DNA of 64,000 nt from Phascolarctobacterium sp. (GCA_017457085.1 JAFTID010000048.1:4893-68892), one strand, 5' to 3'; shown: positions 1-8,860, numbered from the stretch's first letter. The notes: generated by a model from the sequence alone, not told the origin. Made by a program: numbers and translations.

Positions 1-110
1 AACATTTCCTCTTTGGGTTTTACACATTGTTGAATGAAAAATAAATCGTACTAATTCCGAATAAGAGTAAAATTTTATATAAAACTTTCGAAATTTTTTT
101 AGAAAATAGC

Positions 111-141
111 TTGACAATATACTGGGTATATACTTTACAGT
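111..141 (+). promoter_or_regulatory. Regulon-type promoter P1 (19-bp spacer with dyad)
   Basis: TTGACA-ATATACTGGGTATATACTT-TACAGT. The spacer is exactly 19 bp and carries TATATA half sites. An A-rich tract lies upstream. Confidence 0.5.
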
Positions 142-544
142 ATGATTAAGGAATAAATCAATATTTCGCATAAGAAACTCAGGATAAAGAAAGTTAAAGA
201 GGTTCACAACATCACAACATCTTTAGCTGAAAACTGATTGTTTCAAAATAGCGTTAGCTACCTGCTTACGACGGAAGATGTGAAAACTGCTAATTCTGTT
301 TATGTGAGAGTGGCAAAATTACAGTGGAAACATTTCTTGATGCGAACTTCATGCTTGCCGAAGCTAGCATCTACTTTCCCAAGTGACAGGGCGAAATATT
401 GGTTTCCTTTGACAAAGAGAACAAGCAACTTGGACACTTGCTTACGCATATAATAAATGCTGTTCTGATAGAATTGAAATTTACTCTTCTACTTTCTCCT
501 CTCCTCTCTCAAAGTGCATTCTGTAGGGGTGCAGCAATGCCAAG

Positions 545-592
545 ATAAGATGCGTGTTACCTATCGTGGGTAATAGGCATCTTATTTTTTTG
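545..592 (+). terminator. Intrinsic terminator closing the P1 transcript
   Basis: ATAAGATGC...GCATCTTAT stem with an inner CCTAT/ATAGG extension, followed by a T7 run. Confidence 0.6.
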
Positions 593-625
593 CGTAAAAC
601 TATAAGCGTACCCTTGGCGTACCTC

Positions 626-656
626 TTGACCGTAAAGCAACTATATAGTTTATCAT
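626..656 (+). promoter_or_regulatory. Regulon-type promoter P2
   Basis: TTGACC-GTAAAGCAACTATATAGTT-TATCAT, 19-bp spacer. The -10 ends 72 nt upstream of the start codon at 728. Confidence 0.55.
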
Positions 657-727
657 TAGTAGCAAATAAAAAGCTTGGCTAAAAAATTTCCTTTTAATTT
701 TTATGATTACTATTTAAGGAGACGGTT

Positions 728-1813
728 ATGTCTGAACAAATTTGCACCCTTTCTACAGGTGATAAGGTTTATTTTTACGATAAAAGCATTGTGATTTTCT
801 TTAATGGCAAGCGTAAAGTGTTGAGCACCTCCGTTTATAATGGAGGCTACCACGAAGATTACGTTGCTGTTTATAACTACGATGCTAAGCAAGGATCCGG
901 TATGCCCTGCGAAGTTTTGGCAGATACTTATGTTGAACACATGCGTTTGATTTCCAAACGTCTTGCCTTAAATCCAGATATGGTTACTGGAATGGGAACG
1001 GCGGCGAGCATGGAGAATGCTGTCGTAGAAAAAATGAGTTATAAAGATTTAACTGTTACTGCTATCGTAACAGGTGGTATTGAAACAAATGGTGGGCGTG
1101 TTGGTGACCCTTCAGATTATTACATGCCTATGGAGCGTTTGGGAAAATGCGGGACCATAAACATTATGCTAGTTCTGGATTGTGATATGCCACCGGGAGC
1201 ATTGGCTCGTGCGCTGGTAACTTGCACCGAAGCAAAGACTGCTGCCATTCAAGAACTGCTTGCCGGAAGCAATTATTCCAATGGCTTGGCGACAGGAAGC
1301 GGTACAGACCAGACAATCATTGTTGCTAACCCGGAAAGAGATTTGTATTTTGAAACAACGGGTAAACATTCTAAAATTGGTGAGATGATTGGCAAGGTCA
1401 TTATCAAAGCTGTGAAGCGCGCTTTAGAAAAACAAGCTGGTTTAAACGCAGAATTTCAGCATAACGTGTTCCGTCGCTTAAAACGTTTTGGCATTTTACC
1501 GGGAACAATGTGGAGCGAATACCAAGAAGTTACCAATGCAGAAGTAAAGCCTGTTTACCTTCTCGCTGCTGAAAATTTGGCTAAAGATAAAATGATGCTA
1601 ACATTTACTTCATTATATATACATCTGCTGGATCAGTTTTTATGGAAGCTTATTAGCGCAGAAGAAATGCAGACGGCAGGACAAAGCTTGCTTGATACAA
1701 TTGCTTCCTATTATAATGTAGGAAGTGAGCAAATTCAGGAAGCGAACCTTGAGGGAATGTTAGCAAGCTGGAAAGTTTTGTTCAATAAAATTGTCGCTAC
1801 TAAAAGCGAATAA
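728..1813 (+). CDS. cbiZ: Adenosylcobinamide amidohydrolase-like protein (CbiZ family) with a C-terminal extension of about 120 aa
   Basis: 361-aa ORF with SD TAAGGAG upstream. Motifs STSVYNGG, GTINIMLVLD, TEAKTAAIQEL and ATGSGTDQ resemble CbiZ. Recognised by eye only. Confidence 0.55.
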   Translation: MSEQICTLSTGDKVYFYDKSIVIFFNGKRKVLSTSVYNGGYHEDYVAVYNYDAKQGSGMPCEVLADTYVEHMRLISKRLALNPDMVTGMGTAASMENAVVEKMSYKDLTVTAIVTGGIETNGGRVGDPSDYYMPMERLGKCGTINIMLVLDCDMPPGALARALVTCTEAKTAAIQELLAGSNYSNGLATGSGTDQTIIVANPERDLYFETTGKHSKIGEMIGKVIIKAVKRALEKQAGLNAEFQHNVFRRLKRFGILPGTMWSEYQEVTNAEVKPVYLLAAENLAKDKMMLTFTSLYIHLLDQFLWKLISAEEMQTAGQSLLDTIASYYNVGSEQIQEANLEGMLASWKVLFNKIVATKSE

Positions 1814-1825
1814 GCAGGTATATAT

Positions 1826-2782
1826 ATGAAGCAATTGATAAATTTTTGCCCTGTGCATGGATATAAAGAAGAAATTACAGCTTACCCCGGAGGCATGACT
1901 TGTTACTTAAAGGATAGCAACCTTGACGGGGTGGAGCTGTATGTTTACGATACAAAGCCTTACGAAGAAGATTATTCCAAGTGGGCGACTGGTGTCCATT
2001 TAAAATATTGGCCCTATTGGTTAGATTTTTGGTTTAATAATAAGGAAGAACTGGTGCGTAACCATAAGAATAAGCAAGAAATGATAGCTTACTTTAATGG
2101 TGCAGAGAATTGCGACCAATGGCTAGAGGTCATTCAGAAAAATATTACTGCATCACTCGCCGTCAAGCCGGAGTATTTAGTTTGGCACGTAAGCCATTGT
2201 GGTTTAGAAGAAGCCTTTACTAGAAAGTTTACCTACAATGACGAGCAGATTATTGATGCAACTGCAGATGTATTCAACAGTATTAGTACTTGTGTGCCTG
2301 ATGATGTAATGGTTCTGTTTGAAAATTTGTGGTGGCCAGGCTTGACCTTAACTAATCCTCAAGTTGTAGATAGATTTTTTAGCAAGCTGAACAAAGGCAA
2401 CGTGGGCATAATGCTCGATTCTGGACACCTAATGAGTACGAATTTGGAACTGCAATCTGAAAAGGAAGCATTGGAGTACATTAAGAAGGTCGTTCATAAT
2501 TTGGGAAGCTATAAAGATTTAGTGCAGGGAATGCATTTTAGCTGTTCCCTGTCTGGCGAATACCAAAAGAATTCCATTGGAGCAATGCCTGCTGGCATTA
2601 CAATGGGAGAAATTTTACAGCATGTTGGCAAAATAGACCAGCATAGAATTTTTATGGAGGCTCCCTTAAAAGAGTTCGTCGAGTATATAGCACCTACATA
2701 CCTAGTGCATGAATTGTTCTATAATACTATGAGCGTGATGCAAGAATATGTAAAAAGCGAGCAAAAATTAATGAAAAAATAA
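1826..2782 (+). CDS. Hypothetical protein, possibly a xylose-isomerase-like TIM-barrel (sugar phosphate isomerase/epimerase family)
   Basis: 318-aa ORF 12 nt after the cbiZ-like stop, so co-operonic. The ENLWWPG and IMLDSGH patterns are reminiscent of AP_endonuc_2 TIM barrels. Weak call. Confidence 0.35.
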   Translation: MKQLINFCPVHGYKEEITAYPGGMTCYLKDSNLDGVELYVYDTKPYEEDYSKWATGVHLKYWPYWLDFWFNNKEELVRNHKNKQEMIAYFNGAENCDQWLEVIQKNITASLAVKPEYLVWHVSHCGLEEAFTRKFTYNDEQIIDATADVFNSISTCVPDDVMVLFENLWWPGLTLTNPQVVDRFFSKLNKGNVGIMLDSGHLMSTNLELQSEKEALEYIKKVVHNLGSYKDLVQGMHFSCSLSGEYQKNSIGAMPAGITMGEILQHVGKIDQHRIFMEAPLKEFVEYIAPTYLVHELFYNTMSVMQEYVKSEQKLMKK

Positions 2783-2787
2783 AAAAT

Positions 2788-2836
2788 GAGCGTTAATTTT
2801 ATCTTGAATAAGGATAATTTTAACGCTCTTTTTTAA
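2788..2836 (+). terminator. Intrinsic terminator
   Basis: GAGCGTTAA...TTAACGCTC stem followed by TTTTTT. Confidence 0.65.
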
Positions 2837-2867
2837 TTTTAAATAGGAATTCTTACTAAAAAACATA

Positions 2868-2898
2868 TTGACTGTACAATTGCTATATAGGCTAAAAT
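2868..2898 (+). promoter_or_regulatory. Regulon-type promoter P3
   Basis: TTGACT-GTACAATTGCTATATAGGC-TAAAAT, 19-bp spacer. Confidence 0.5.
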
Positions 2899-2956
2899 AT
2901 TAGCAGTCACAAAAGAACATTCTAGTTAAGCCAAAACTTCACTCTCACAAATCTTG

Positions 2957-2980
2957 CTGCGACCATGAAAGACTGGGCAG
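2957..2980 (+). promoter_or_regulatory. Conserved 5'-leader hairpin (copy 1) upstream of TonB receptor 1
   Basis: CTG-CGACCATGAAAGACTGGG-CAG. The 18-nt core is identical to 32813-32830, and the flanking stem bases differ but stay complementary. Confidence 0.45.
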
Positions 2981-3037
2981 TAACTTCAAGTTCACTTGAT
3001 TGGTTATGTTCAAAAAAATTTTAGGAGATGAAGTTTT

Positions 3038-4987
3038 ATGAAAAAGATGACTAAAGCAATGCTTATGACTGCTCTTATTTGTGGCACTATGTATTGCGGC
3101 GCAGAACCTGTTCATGCAAATGAACTGGATACCTTTGCTCTTGACGAGTATGTAGTAACTGCTGCGAGAACCGAAACCAAATTGGTGGATACTCCGGCAA
3201 ATATCACCATCGTTGGTGCAGATGAAATTGAAAGCAGACATTATACTAATGTAGCAGAAGTTTTGAAAGATGTACCTGGTGCTACTGTTTCAGATAATGG
3301 TAATGGTACTAGTGAAAAATGTGTTTATTTAAATGGTGATGAACGCGTATTGGTATTAGTCGATGGCAGAAGAGTAAATTTTGATTTAGGTACAAGTACT
3401 GGTAGAGCTGGTTATGATATGAATCAGCTTCCTGATGTTAGTCTTATTGAACGTATTGAGGTTTTAAAGGGGGCTGGCGGTGCTCTTTATGGTTCTGAAG
3501 CTGTTGGTGGTGTAATTAACGTAATTACCAAAAAGGCAGATATGAATTATGGCAAAGTATCTCTTGCTTTTGGTTCTAGTGGTGCAGAAGATATGAATGC
3601 AATGTATTCCTTTAAAAAAGGTAAAACTGGTGTAAGTGTATCTGCTTCTAAATACAAACAAGATTACTACAAATATAGGGATTATGCGTCTGATACTACT
3701 AAAAGATGGCCTGTACCAGTAGATTTTGAAAATGAGAAAGTTTCTTTAAAAGTTGATCAACAACTTAATGATGAAAGTAATCTAACCATAGGATATGATT
3801 ATAGTAAATTTGAAGGTCTTGGTACATACAGTATAAGTTATCCAAATACACCAATTGATAAGAGAACTGATAATATTTACGCTAAATATGATTGGACTCT
3901 TAATGAAAAAGACCAAGGTTACTTGCAATTTTATCATAATGAGTTAGATTATTATTATCAAGGTGGAATGGAAGAAAAAACTAATGGCATTGATTTGCAA
4001 CAAGCTATTTCTTTGTCTGATAATAATAAATTAGTTGTAGGCACTTCATGGCGTAAGGTTGATGTTAAAACAACTCCTGAGAATGGTAAGATAGGTTATG
4101 ATGAGAGTATTGATAATTTTGCAATTTTCATTAATGATAATTGGGAATTTGCTCCGACTTGGACTTTAAACGCTGGGGTGCGATATGATGAGCATAGTGA
4201 AGCTGGTAATGAAACAACATTTAGTACTGGCTTAAATAAAAAATTTAATGATGTAAGTCACGCATATATTAACTGGGGACAAGTATTTAGAGCACCTACT
4301 ACAGATGATATGTATACTTTTAGTGGACCTAGTGGTGGTTATGGTGGTACCTATGGTAATCCTAATTTAAAAGCAGAAACAGGTGATACTTGGACTATTG
4401 GTTATAATGCTCAAGTAAGTGCAGTTACCGACATTGGTATCAGTTATTTTGAAAGCGACTTAGAAGATGCGCTTGATTGGGTTCCTGACTATGATGGCCC
4501 GTATTACGGAAAAGGTTATGATTATTATGCCCAAAATATTAATAAGCAAGAGAAAAAAGGTTTAGAATTAACATTAAATCATAAACTTAGCGATAAATTT
4601 GATTTAAATGCATCCTATACTTATGTGAATGTAAAAAATGATGAAGGCGAAGGTTTTGTGAAAGATCCTAACTATGTTCCTAATATGTATAGATTAGGAT
4701 TAAAATATCATGATGAAAAGTGGAATGCTGATTTATTCCTACGTTATGGAACTGGCTGTTCTACTTCTTATAATGCAGCAAGTTGGGCTTATCCATACCT
4801 TGAAAGCAGTTATCTAACTGTAGATATGGCATTAACTTATAAAGCGAATAATAATCTCAAAATTTTTGCAAAGGGATACAATTTGTTTAATGAAGCGTAT
4901 GCAGAAAGAGGCGGTTCCTATGGTAGTTACTATAATAACCCCGCACAATCTCGTCGCTTCTTAATTGGTGCTGAATACTCCTTCTAA
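3038..4987 (+). CDS. TonB-dependent outer-membrane receptor 1
   Basis: 649 aa with a signal peptide and a TonB-box-like DEYVVTA. Plug motif IEVLKGAGGALYGSEAVGGVINVITK. C-terminal aromatic end ...GAEYSF. Confidence 0.9.
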   Translation: MKKMTKAMLMTALICGTMYCGAEPVHANELDTFALDEYVVTAARTETKLVDTPANITIVGADEIESRHYTNVAEVLKDVPGATVSDNGNGTSEKCVYLNGDERVLVLVDGRRVNFDLGTSTGRAGYDMNQLPDVSLIERIEVLKGAGGALYGSEAVGGVINVITKKADMNYGKVSLAFGSSGAEDMNAMYSFKKGKTGVSVSASKYKQDYYKYRDYASDTTKRWPVPVDFENEKVSLKVDQQLNDESNLTIGYDYSKFEGLGTYSISYPNTPIDKRTDNIYAKYDWTLNEKDQGYLQFYHNELDYYYQGGMEEKTNGIDLQQAISLSDNNKLVVGTSWRKVDVKTTPENGKIGYDESIDNFAIFINDNWEFAPTWTLNAGVRYDEHSEAGNETTFSTGLNKKFNDVSHAYINWGQVFRAPTTDDMYTFSGPSGGYGGTYGNPNLKAETGDTWTIGYNAQVSAVTDIGISYFESDLEDALDWVPDYDGPYYGKGYDYYAQNINKQEKKGLELTLNHKLSDKFDLNASYTYVNVKNDEGEGFVKDPNYVPNMYRLGLKYHDEKWNADLFLRYGTGCSTSYNAASWAYPYLESSYLTVDMALTYKANNNLKIFAKGYNLFNEAYAERGGSYGSYYNNPAQSRRFLIGAEYSF

Positions 4988-5032
4988 AAAACATCTCCTC
5001 CAAAATAAACATTATACTTACTCCTGCGAATG

Positions 5033-5111
5033 GGGCGAAGCTGCGGCTTCGCCTTGTTTGCGTGTTGGGGGAAACAAGAAGGCCACGCAACTTCCTGTCA
5101 CGTGGCCTTTT
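5033..5111. terminator. Two hairpins serving convergent genes
   Basis: GGCGAAGC-TGCG-GCTTCGCC followed by TTGTTTG, then GGCCACG...CGTGGCC followed by TTTT. They lie between the receptor stop (4987) and the end of the - strand ATPase (5119). Confidence 0.55.
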
Positions 5112-5118
5112 GCTGGTA

Positions 5119-6348
5119 TTAAATATAACCTATGGGTATTACTTTATCATTACCTTTGAGTGTCAATAAGTTTTCGTATGTGCAAACAACTCCTCCATTA
5201 CCTCGTTTCATACCGGGAATATTGTCTAAAATATCAAATGTCTTAATATCAGCAACTTTTGGGTCAGAATGCTTCTTGATTTCAATGGGATATAAATTGC
5301 CATTATCTTCGATTAGCAAATCAATTTCTTTTTGCTCTTTGTCACGATAAAAGTATAGTGCTGGCTCTAAAATACCTTTGTTATAGTAACTTTTAATTAT
5401 TTCAGAAACAACAAAGGTTTCAAAGAAGGCGCCTGCCATTGCACCATTTTTTAACACGTCAGGAGAGTTCCACTTAGTAAGGTATGCAGCAAGACCAGTA
5501 TCTAAGAAGTATAACTTCGGAGTTTTTACTGCTCGTTTTAAAACATTGTTAGAATATGGTCTAAGCAGGTAAACAATATTGGAAGTTACTAAAATGGATA
5601 ACCATCGTTCTGCTGTAGCGTTGCTAATGCCAACATCTCTCGCTAATGAAGCTAGGTTTAGCAATTGACCTGTTATACTTGCTACAGCAATCATAAATTT
5701 TATGAACAATACTTCGTCGCCAACTTGAGTAAGCTCTCTTACGTCACGTTCAATATAAGTTTTGACATAGGAAGCATAAAATATTTGCCAATCAAATTCT
5801 GGGTTAGCGACTAAATCAGGCATACTTCCTCTATGGATTATTTTCCAAAGCTCGTCATAATCCGTATGAGTTTCATACGAGCTTCTGCTTGTGAAATATT
5901 CTTCTGTTGGCAAGAAGGGAGTTGAAAAATCTATACCCTTGCGTTCACGCATGGAAATTCCTAAAAGGTTTAGCACGCCCAATCTTCCTGCTAAAGATTC
6001 ACTAACGTTTTTCATCAGCTTAAACTGTTGAGAGCCTGAAAGATAAAATAATCCCTTCTCCTTTTTAACATCAACATACATCTTGATGTACGGAAATAGA
6101 TGAGGAGCATATTGAATTTCATCAACAAATACCGGTGGCTTAGCATCTTTGAAAAACGTACTGGGTTCTTCTACTGCGGCTTGTAAGCGCAAAGGGTCAT
6201 CCAAAGTTACATAGGTGATATTGCCAGTAAAGTTGCGTAACAATGTAGTCTTTCCTACTTGTCTAGGGCCAACAACAATAATTGCGCCAAACATTTTTGA
6301 AACCATGGTAAGAATCTTTTCTAAGTGTCTATGGATATACATAAGCAA
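5119..6348 (-). CDS. AAA+ ATPase (AAA_14 / DUF4143-type ATP-binding protein)
   Basis: 409 aa with Walker A GPRQVGKTT. The overall layout is typical of DUF4143 ATPases. A paralogous type occurs at 28838. Confidence 0.75.
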   Translation of the reverse strand: MLMYIHRHLEKILTMVSKMFGAIIVVGPRQVGKTTLLRNFTGNITYVTLDDPLRLQAAVEEPSTFFKDAKPPVFVDEIQYAPHLFPYIKMYVDVKKEKGLFYLSGSQQFKLMKNVSESLAGRLGVLNLLGISMRERKGIDFSTPFLPTEEYFTSRSSYETHTDYDELWKIIHRGSMPDLVANPEFDWQIFYASYVKTYIERDVRELTQVGDEVLFIKFMIAVASITGQLLNLASLARDVGISNATAERWLSILVTSNIVYLLRPYSNNVLKRAVKTPKLYFLDTGLAAYLTKWNSPDVLKNGAMAGAFFETFVVSEIIKSYYNKGILEPALYFYRDKEQKEIDLLIEDNGNLYPIEIKKHSDPKVADIKTFDILDNIPGMKRGNGGVVCTYENLLTLKGNDKVIPIGYI

Positions 6349-6429
6349 TTCTCCGACTAATTTATTATCTAATAATATATTAGTCGAAATTTTTGGCTTT
6401 TACAAGTGATTTCTTAAAGAATTTCCCTC

Positions 6430-6460
6430 TTGACACAATAGCAACTATATACCTTATCAT
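6430..6460 (+). promoter_or_regulatory. Regulon-type promoter P4
   Basis: TTGACA-CAATAGCAACTATATACCT-TATCAT, 19-bp spacer. Confidence 0.5.
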
Positions 6461-6491
6461 CTTAGCCAAGGGCATAGATTATTTTAAAAGC

Positions 6492-6513
6492 AAATGTTTC
6501 ACGTGAAACATTT
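6492..6513. repeat. Perfect 22-bp palindrome AAATGTTTCACGTGAAACATTT in the leader of the PBP gene
   Basis: Perfect self-complementarity centred on CACGTG. The inner 20 bp recur exactly at 20878-20897. Confidence 0.8.
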
Positions 6514-6536
6514 TATTTTTGGAAGGTGTTGTAGTT

Positions 6537-7514
6537 ATGGGAAAAGATTTCAATAAAGTTTTTGGAGCCATCAAATTTTTGCTGGTATTTGTAATTTGCG
6601 TAGGCGTTCTGCTTTGCACAGGCTGTTCTAAAAAAGAAAGCACTACTGAAATTTTAAAAGAAGGTGGCTACACTGTAACGGACTTTACCAACACGAAGCT
6701 TACCTTTTCAGAAAAACCACAGCGAATTGTATCGATGTCTATTGGTACTGACGAGATACTTCTAGATTTGGTACCACTAAACAGAATTTTAAGCGTTACT
6801 TATTTGGCAGATGATGGTGGTATTTCCAATATCGTTGAGCGTGTAAAAAGCATTCCTAATCGTACCCACGGTAATACTCCTGAAAGCGTAATTGGTCTTA
6901 ACCCTGATGTGGTACTTATTTCTGACTTCTTCCCTCCCGAAAGTTATCAGACCTTGCGGGAAATGGGGATGAAGGTGTACGTTTACAAGACTCCTTCTAA
7001 TTTTGAAGAGATTAAGGCTTCAATCTTAGAGCTTGCCCAAGTTGTAGGTGAGCTGGAAAAAGGCAAGCAGATGGTTGCGGAAATGGATGCTCGCATTCAA
7101 AAGGTGCAGAAAAAATTAGGAGACATTAAGGAAAAGCGCAAGGTTCTCTTCATGCACGCAATGGGAGCCTACTATTCTCCGGACGGAACCTTTAGCGATA
7201 CTTGTCGCCTTGCCGGCGTGGTAGATGTTACCCAAAGCTTGAACTATTCCCAAACCTGCACTCTTTCTCAAGAAACCATAGTGCAGTTAAATCCGGATAG
7301 CTTCGTTATTGGCGATTGGAACTTTGATGGGGAACATAGTCCTGAAGATTTAAAGGCAGAGCTTTTATCCAACCAGTCTTATATGACGACCAATGCTGGT
7401 AAAAATAAAAGCATTATTGTCATTCCATCAGCCCACCTTCTGACTTGCTCACAACAATTCGTTTTAGGAGTGGAGGATATGGCGAAAGCCGCTTATCCTG
7501 AAAAATTCCCTTGA
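6537..7514 (+). CDS. ABC-type periplasmic substrate-binding protein (FecB/BtuF-like, iron-siderophore/heme/cobalamin class), orphan
   Basis: The ATG at 6537 is preceded by GGAAGGTG, whereas the track start at 6519 is TTG. Signal peptide with a CTGC lipobox-like site. KPQRIVSMSIGTDEILLDL and the C-terminal AKAAYPEKF are shared with the PBPs at 12284 and 35572. Confidence 0.8.
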   Translation: MGKDFNKVFGAIKFLLVFVICVGVLLCTGCSKKESTTEILKEGGYTVTDFTNTKLTFSEKPQRIVSMSIGTDEILLDLVPLNRILSVTYLADDGGISNIVERVKSIPNRTHGNTPESVIGLNPDVVLISDFFPPESYQTLREMGMKVYVYKTPSNFEEIKASILELAQVVGELEKGKQMVAEMDARIQKVQKKLGDIKEKRKVLFMHAMGAYYSPDGTFSDTCRLAGVVDVTQSLNYSQTCTLSQETIVQLNPDSFVIGDWNFDGEHSPEDLKAELLSNQSYMTTNAGKNKSIIVIPSAHLLTCSQQFVLGVEDMAKAAYPEKFP

Positions 7515-7541
7515 CTATATAACTACTATATAGTGTATAGT
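7511..7541 (+). promoter_or_regulatory. Regulon-type promoter P5 (perfect 8+8 dyad)
   Basis: TTGACT-ATATAACTACTATATAGTG-TATAGT, with ACTATATA-N5-TATATAGT perfect. The stop codon of the PBP gene lies inside the -35. Confidence 0.6.
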
Positions 7542-7575
7542 GTAGCTTACCAAATAATATAAAGAGGTGAAAATT

Positions 7576-7893
7576 ATGACCTGTACCCATCCGAAATATG
7601 AACTTCCCAACGATCCCCATGCTAAATATCGCTATGAGAGCGCTATGAAACATGTGGAAGCTGCTAAAGCTGCTGGTAAATCTAGCGAAGAAATCCATGC
7701 TATCTTTAAAAAAGTTATGGAATTTGATCCGAAAAACATCGATGCTATTCCCAATGACGAAGCTCATGCAAAATATCGTAGTGCAATGGTGCACATGCAA
7801 AAAGCACTTGCCAACGGTAAAAGTGTAGAAGAAGCTCACGAAATTTTTGAGAAAATTAAAAGCGGCAATACCTCTGGTCACTGTAAGCAATAA
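7576..7893 (+). CDS. Small cytoplasmic His/Cys-containing protein with an internal tandem duplication, function unknown
   Basis: The ATG at 7576 follows SD AAGAGG by 8 nt. Two repeats of about 45 aa (PNDPHAKYRYESAMKHVEAAKAAGKSSEEIHAIFKKV and PNDEAHAKYRSAMVHMQKALANGKSVEEAHEIFEKI), with an N-terminal CTH and a C-terminal GHC. Confidence 0.6.
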   Translation: MTCTHPKYELPNDPHAKYRYESAMKHVEAAKAAGKSSEEIHAIFKKVMEFDPKNIDAIPNDEAHAKYRSAMVHMQKALANGKSVEEAHEIFEKIKSGNTSGHCKQ

Positions 7894-7895
7894 AA

Positions 7896-7944
7896 AGAAG
7901 TCCCAAGCTGATTAGTCTAAACGATTAATCCTTGGGACTTTTTC
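7896..7944. terminator. Bidirectional terminator between convergent genes
   Basis: AAGTCCCAAG...CTTGGGACTT stem flanked by A and T runs. Confidence 0.65.
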
Positions 7945-8790
7945 TTATTTCTTTTTAACATTGAGGAAGATTTTATTAATGTATTCGTTGGTGTCCTTAT
8001 AGAACAAGTGGTTTTCAATGGTGAGTATGTAAATATCACCACTGGCTTCTAATTCGTTTAATTCCATAAATTTGTTGATTATATCTACAAGCTTAGGGAA
8101 GTTTTGGTAGAAGGTACCTTTAAAATAAATTTCCAGATATAATCCGGCAGGAATTTTTATCATGGACTTTGCTTTATGTTTAGGTGTGTTCAGAACAAAG
8201 GAGAAGTAAGCTTTCGTGGGATGGTAGTCTCGTTTTACAAACAAGTCATCTTGGGAGATTATCCAACCAACGTGACGTTCCAGAGATTTTTTGTTGTGGA
8301 AAGTATGTTGGGCATGCTTTGTAAATAAAACTACCCTGTCTTTACCAGTATCTTTGCTGTAAACGGGGGTAACCTTCATCAAGCGTTCTTCTTGGAATGT
8401 AAGCAAAGGCTTGAAAAAAACGAAAGGTCTCTCGCATTTTGCAATGTCGTTGATGGCTTCTAAAGATTTTATGATGGCTTGGTTTTCTTTGATGATAGCC
8501 ATACATTCTTTTTCTTTGCGGGCAACCAAGTCAATAAATTCATTTTTGCTACGGTTTTCAAGATAAGTTTTTATATCAGGTATGCTGATATTGAATGAGC
8601 GCAAGTTAACAATGATTTCTAAATCTAAATATTGTTGGATGGAATAATGCCTATAGCCTTTTTCGCAAATAAAATCGGGTGAGAGTAGGCCAATTTTGTC
8701 ATAATACAACAAGGTTTGCTTAGAGATACTAAAAAGATTTGCCAGTTCTCCTGCTGTGAAATAGGCATCGTCAGAATTATTGTTGCTCAT
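7945..8790 (-). CDS. MerR-family transcriptional regulator with a C-terminal GyrI-like effector-binding domain (BmrR/TipA-like architecture)
   Basis: 281 aa. The N-terminus YFTAGELANLFSISKQTLLYYDKIGLLSP...GYRHYS is a MerR HTH, followed by a coiled-coil linker. The C-terminus IPAGLYLEIYFKGTFYQNFPKLVDIINKFMELNELEASGDIYILTIENHL resembles GyrI-like domains. Confidence 0.8.
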   Translation of the reverse strand: MSNNNSDDAYFTAGELANLFSISKQTLLYYDKIGLLSPDFICEKGYRHYSIQQYLDLEIIVNLRSFNISIPDIKTYLENRSKNEFIDLVARKEKECMAIIKENQAIIKSLEAINDIAKCERPFVFFKPLLTFQEERLMKVTPVYSKDTGKDRVVLFTKHAQHTFHNKKSLERHVGWIISQDDLFVKRDYHPTKAYFSFVLNTPKHKAKSMIKIPAGLYLEIYFKGTFYQNFPKLVDIINKFMELNELEASGDIYILTIENHLFYKDTNEYINKIFLNVKKK

Positions 8791-8807
8791 AAAGATTTCA
8801 CCTACCC

Positions 8808-8838
8808 TTGACTATATAACCAGTATATAGTTTAAAAT
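8808..8838 (+). promoter_or_regulatory. Regulon-type promoter P6 (perfect 8+8 dyad), divergent from the MerR gene
   Basis: TTGACT-ATATAACCAGTATATAGTT-TAAAAT, 19-bp spacer. It starts 18 bp from the merR-like start codon on the opposite strand. Confidence 0.6.
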
Positions 8839-8860
8839 TAAAAATAAATCTATGTAGGAC

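Noticed and set aside
238-453. 71-aa ORF in the first intergenic region
   Set aside because: It has a TTG start and no Shine-Dalgarno sequence. Its composition is not protein-like, and it lies inside a promoter-to-terminator unit that otherwise lacks coding potential. It is treated as part of a non-coding transcript.
2964-3023. Upstream ORF starting at the ATG inside the conserved leader motif (MKDW...)
   Set aside because: No Shine-Dalgarno sequence precedes the ATG. The downstream frames differ between the two copies: 19 codons then a stop in copy 1, but in frame with the receptor in copy 2. Conservation fits a structural element better than a peptide.
2783-3037. Fur- or DtxR-type iron boxes upstream of the TonB receptors
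   Set aside because: I looked for GATAATGATAATCATTATC-like or TTAGGTTAGCCTAACCTAA-like sequences in the receptor upstream regions. I saw none. The only shared element is the 19-bp-spacer dyad.
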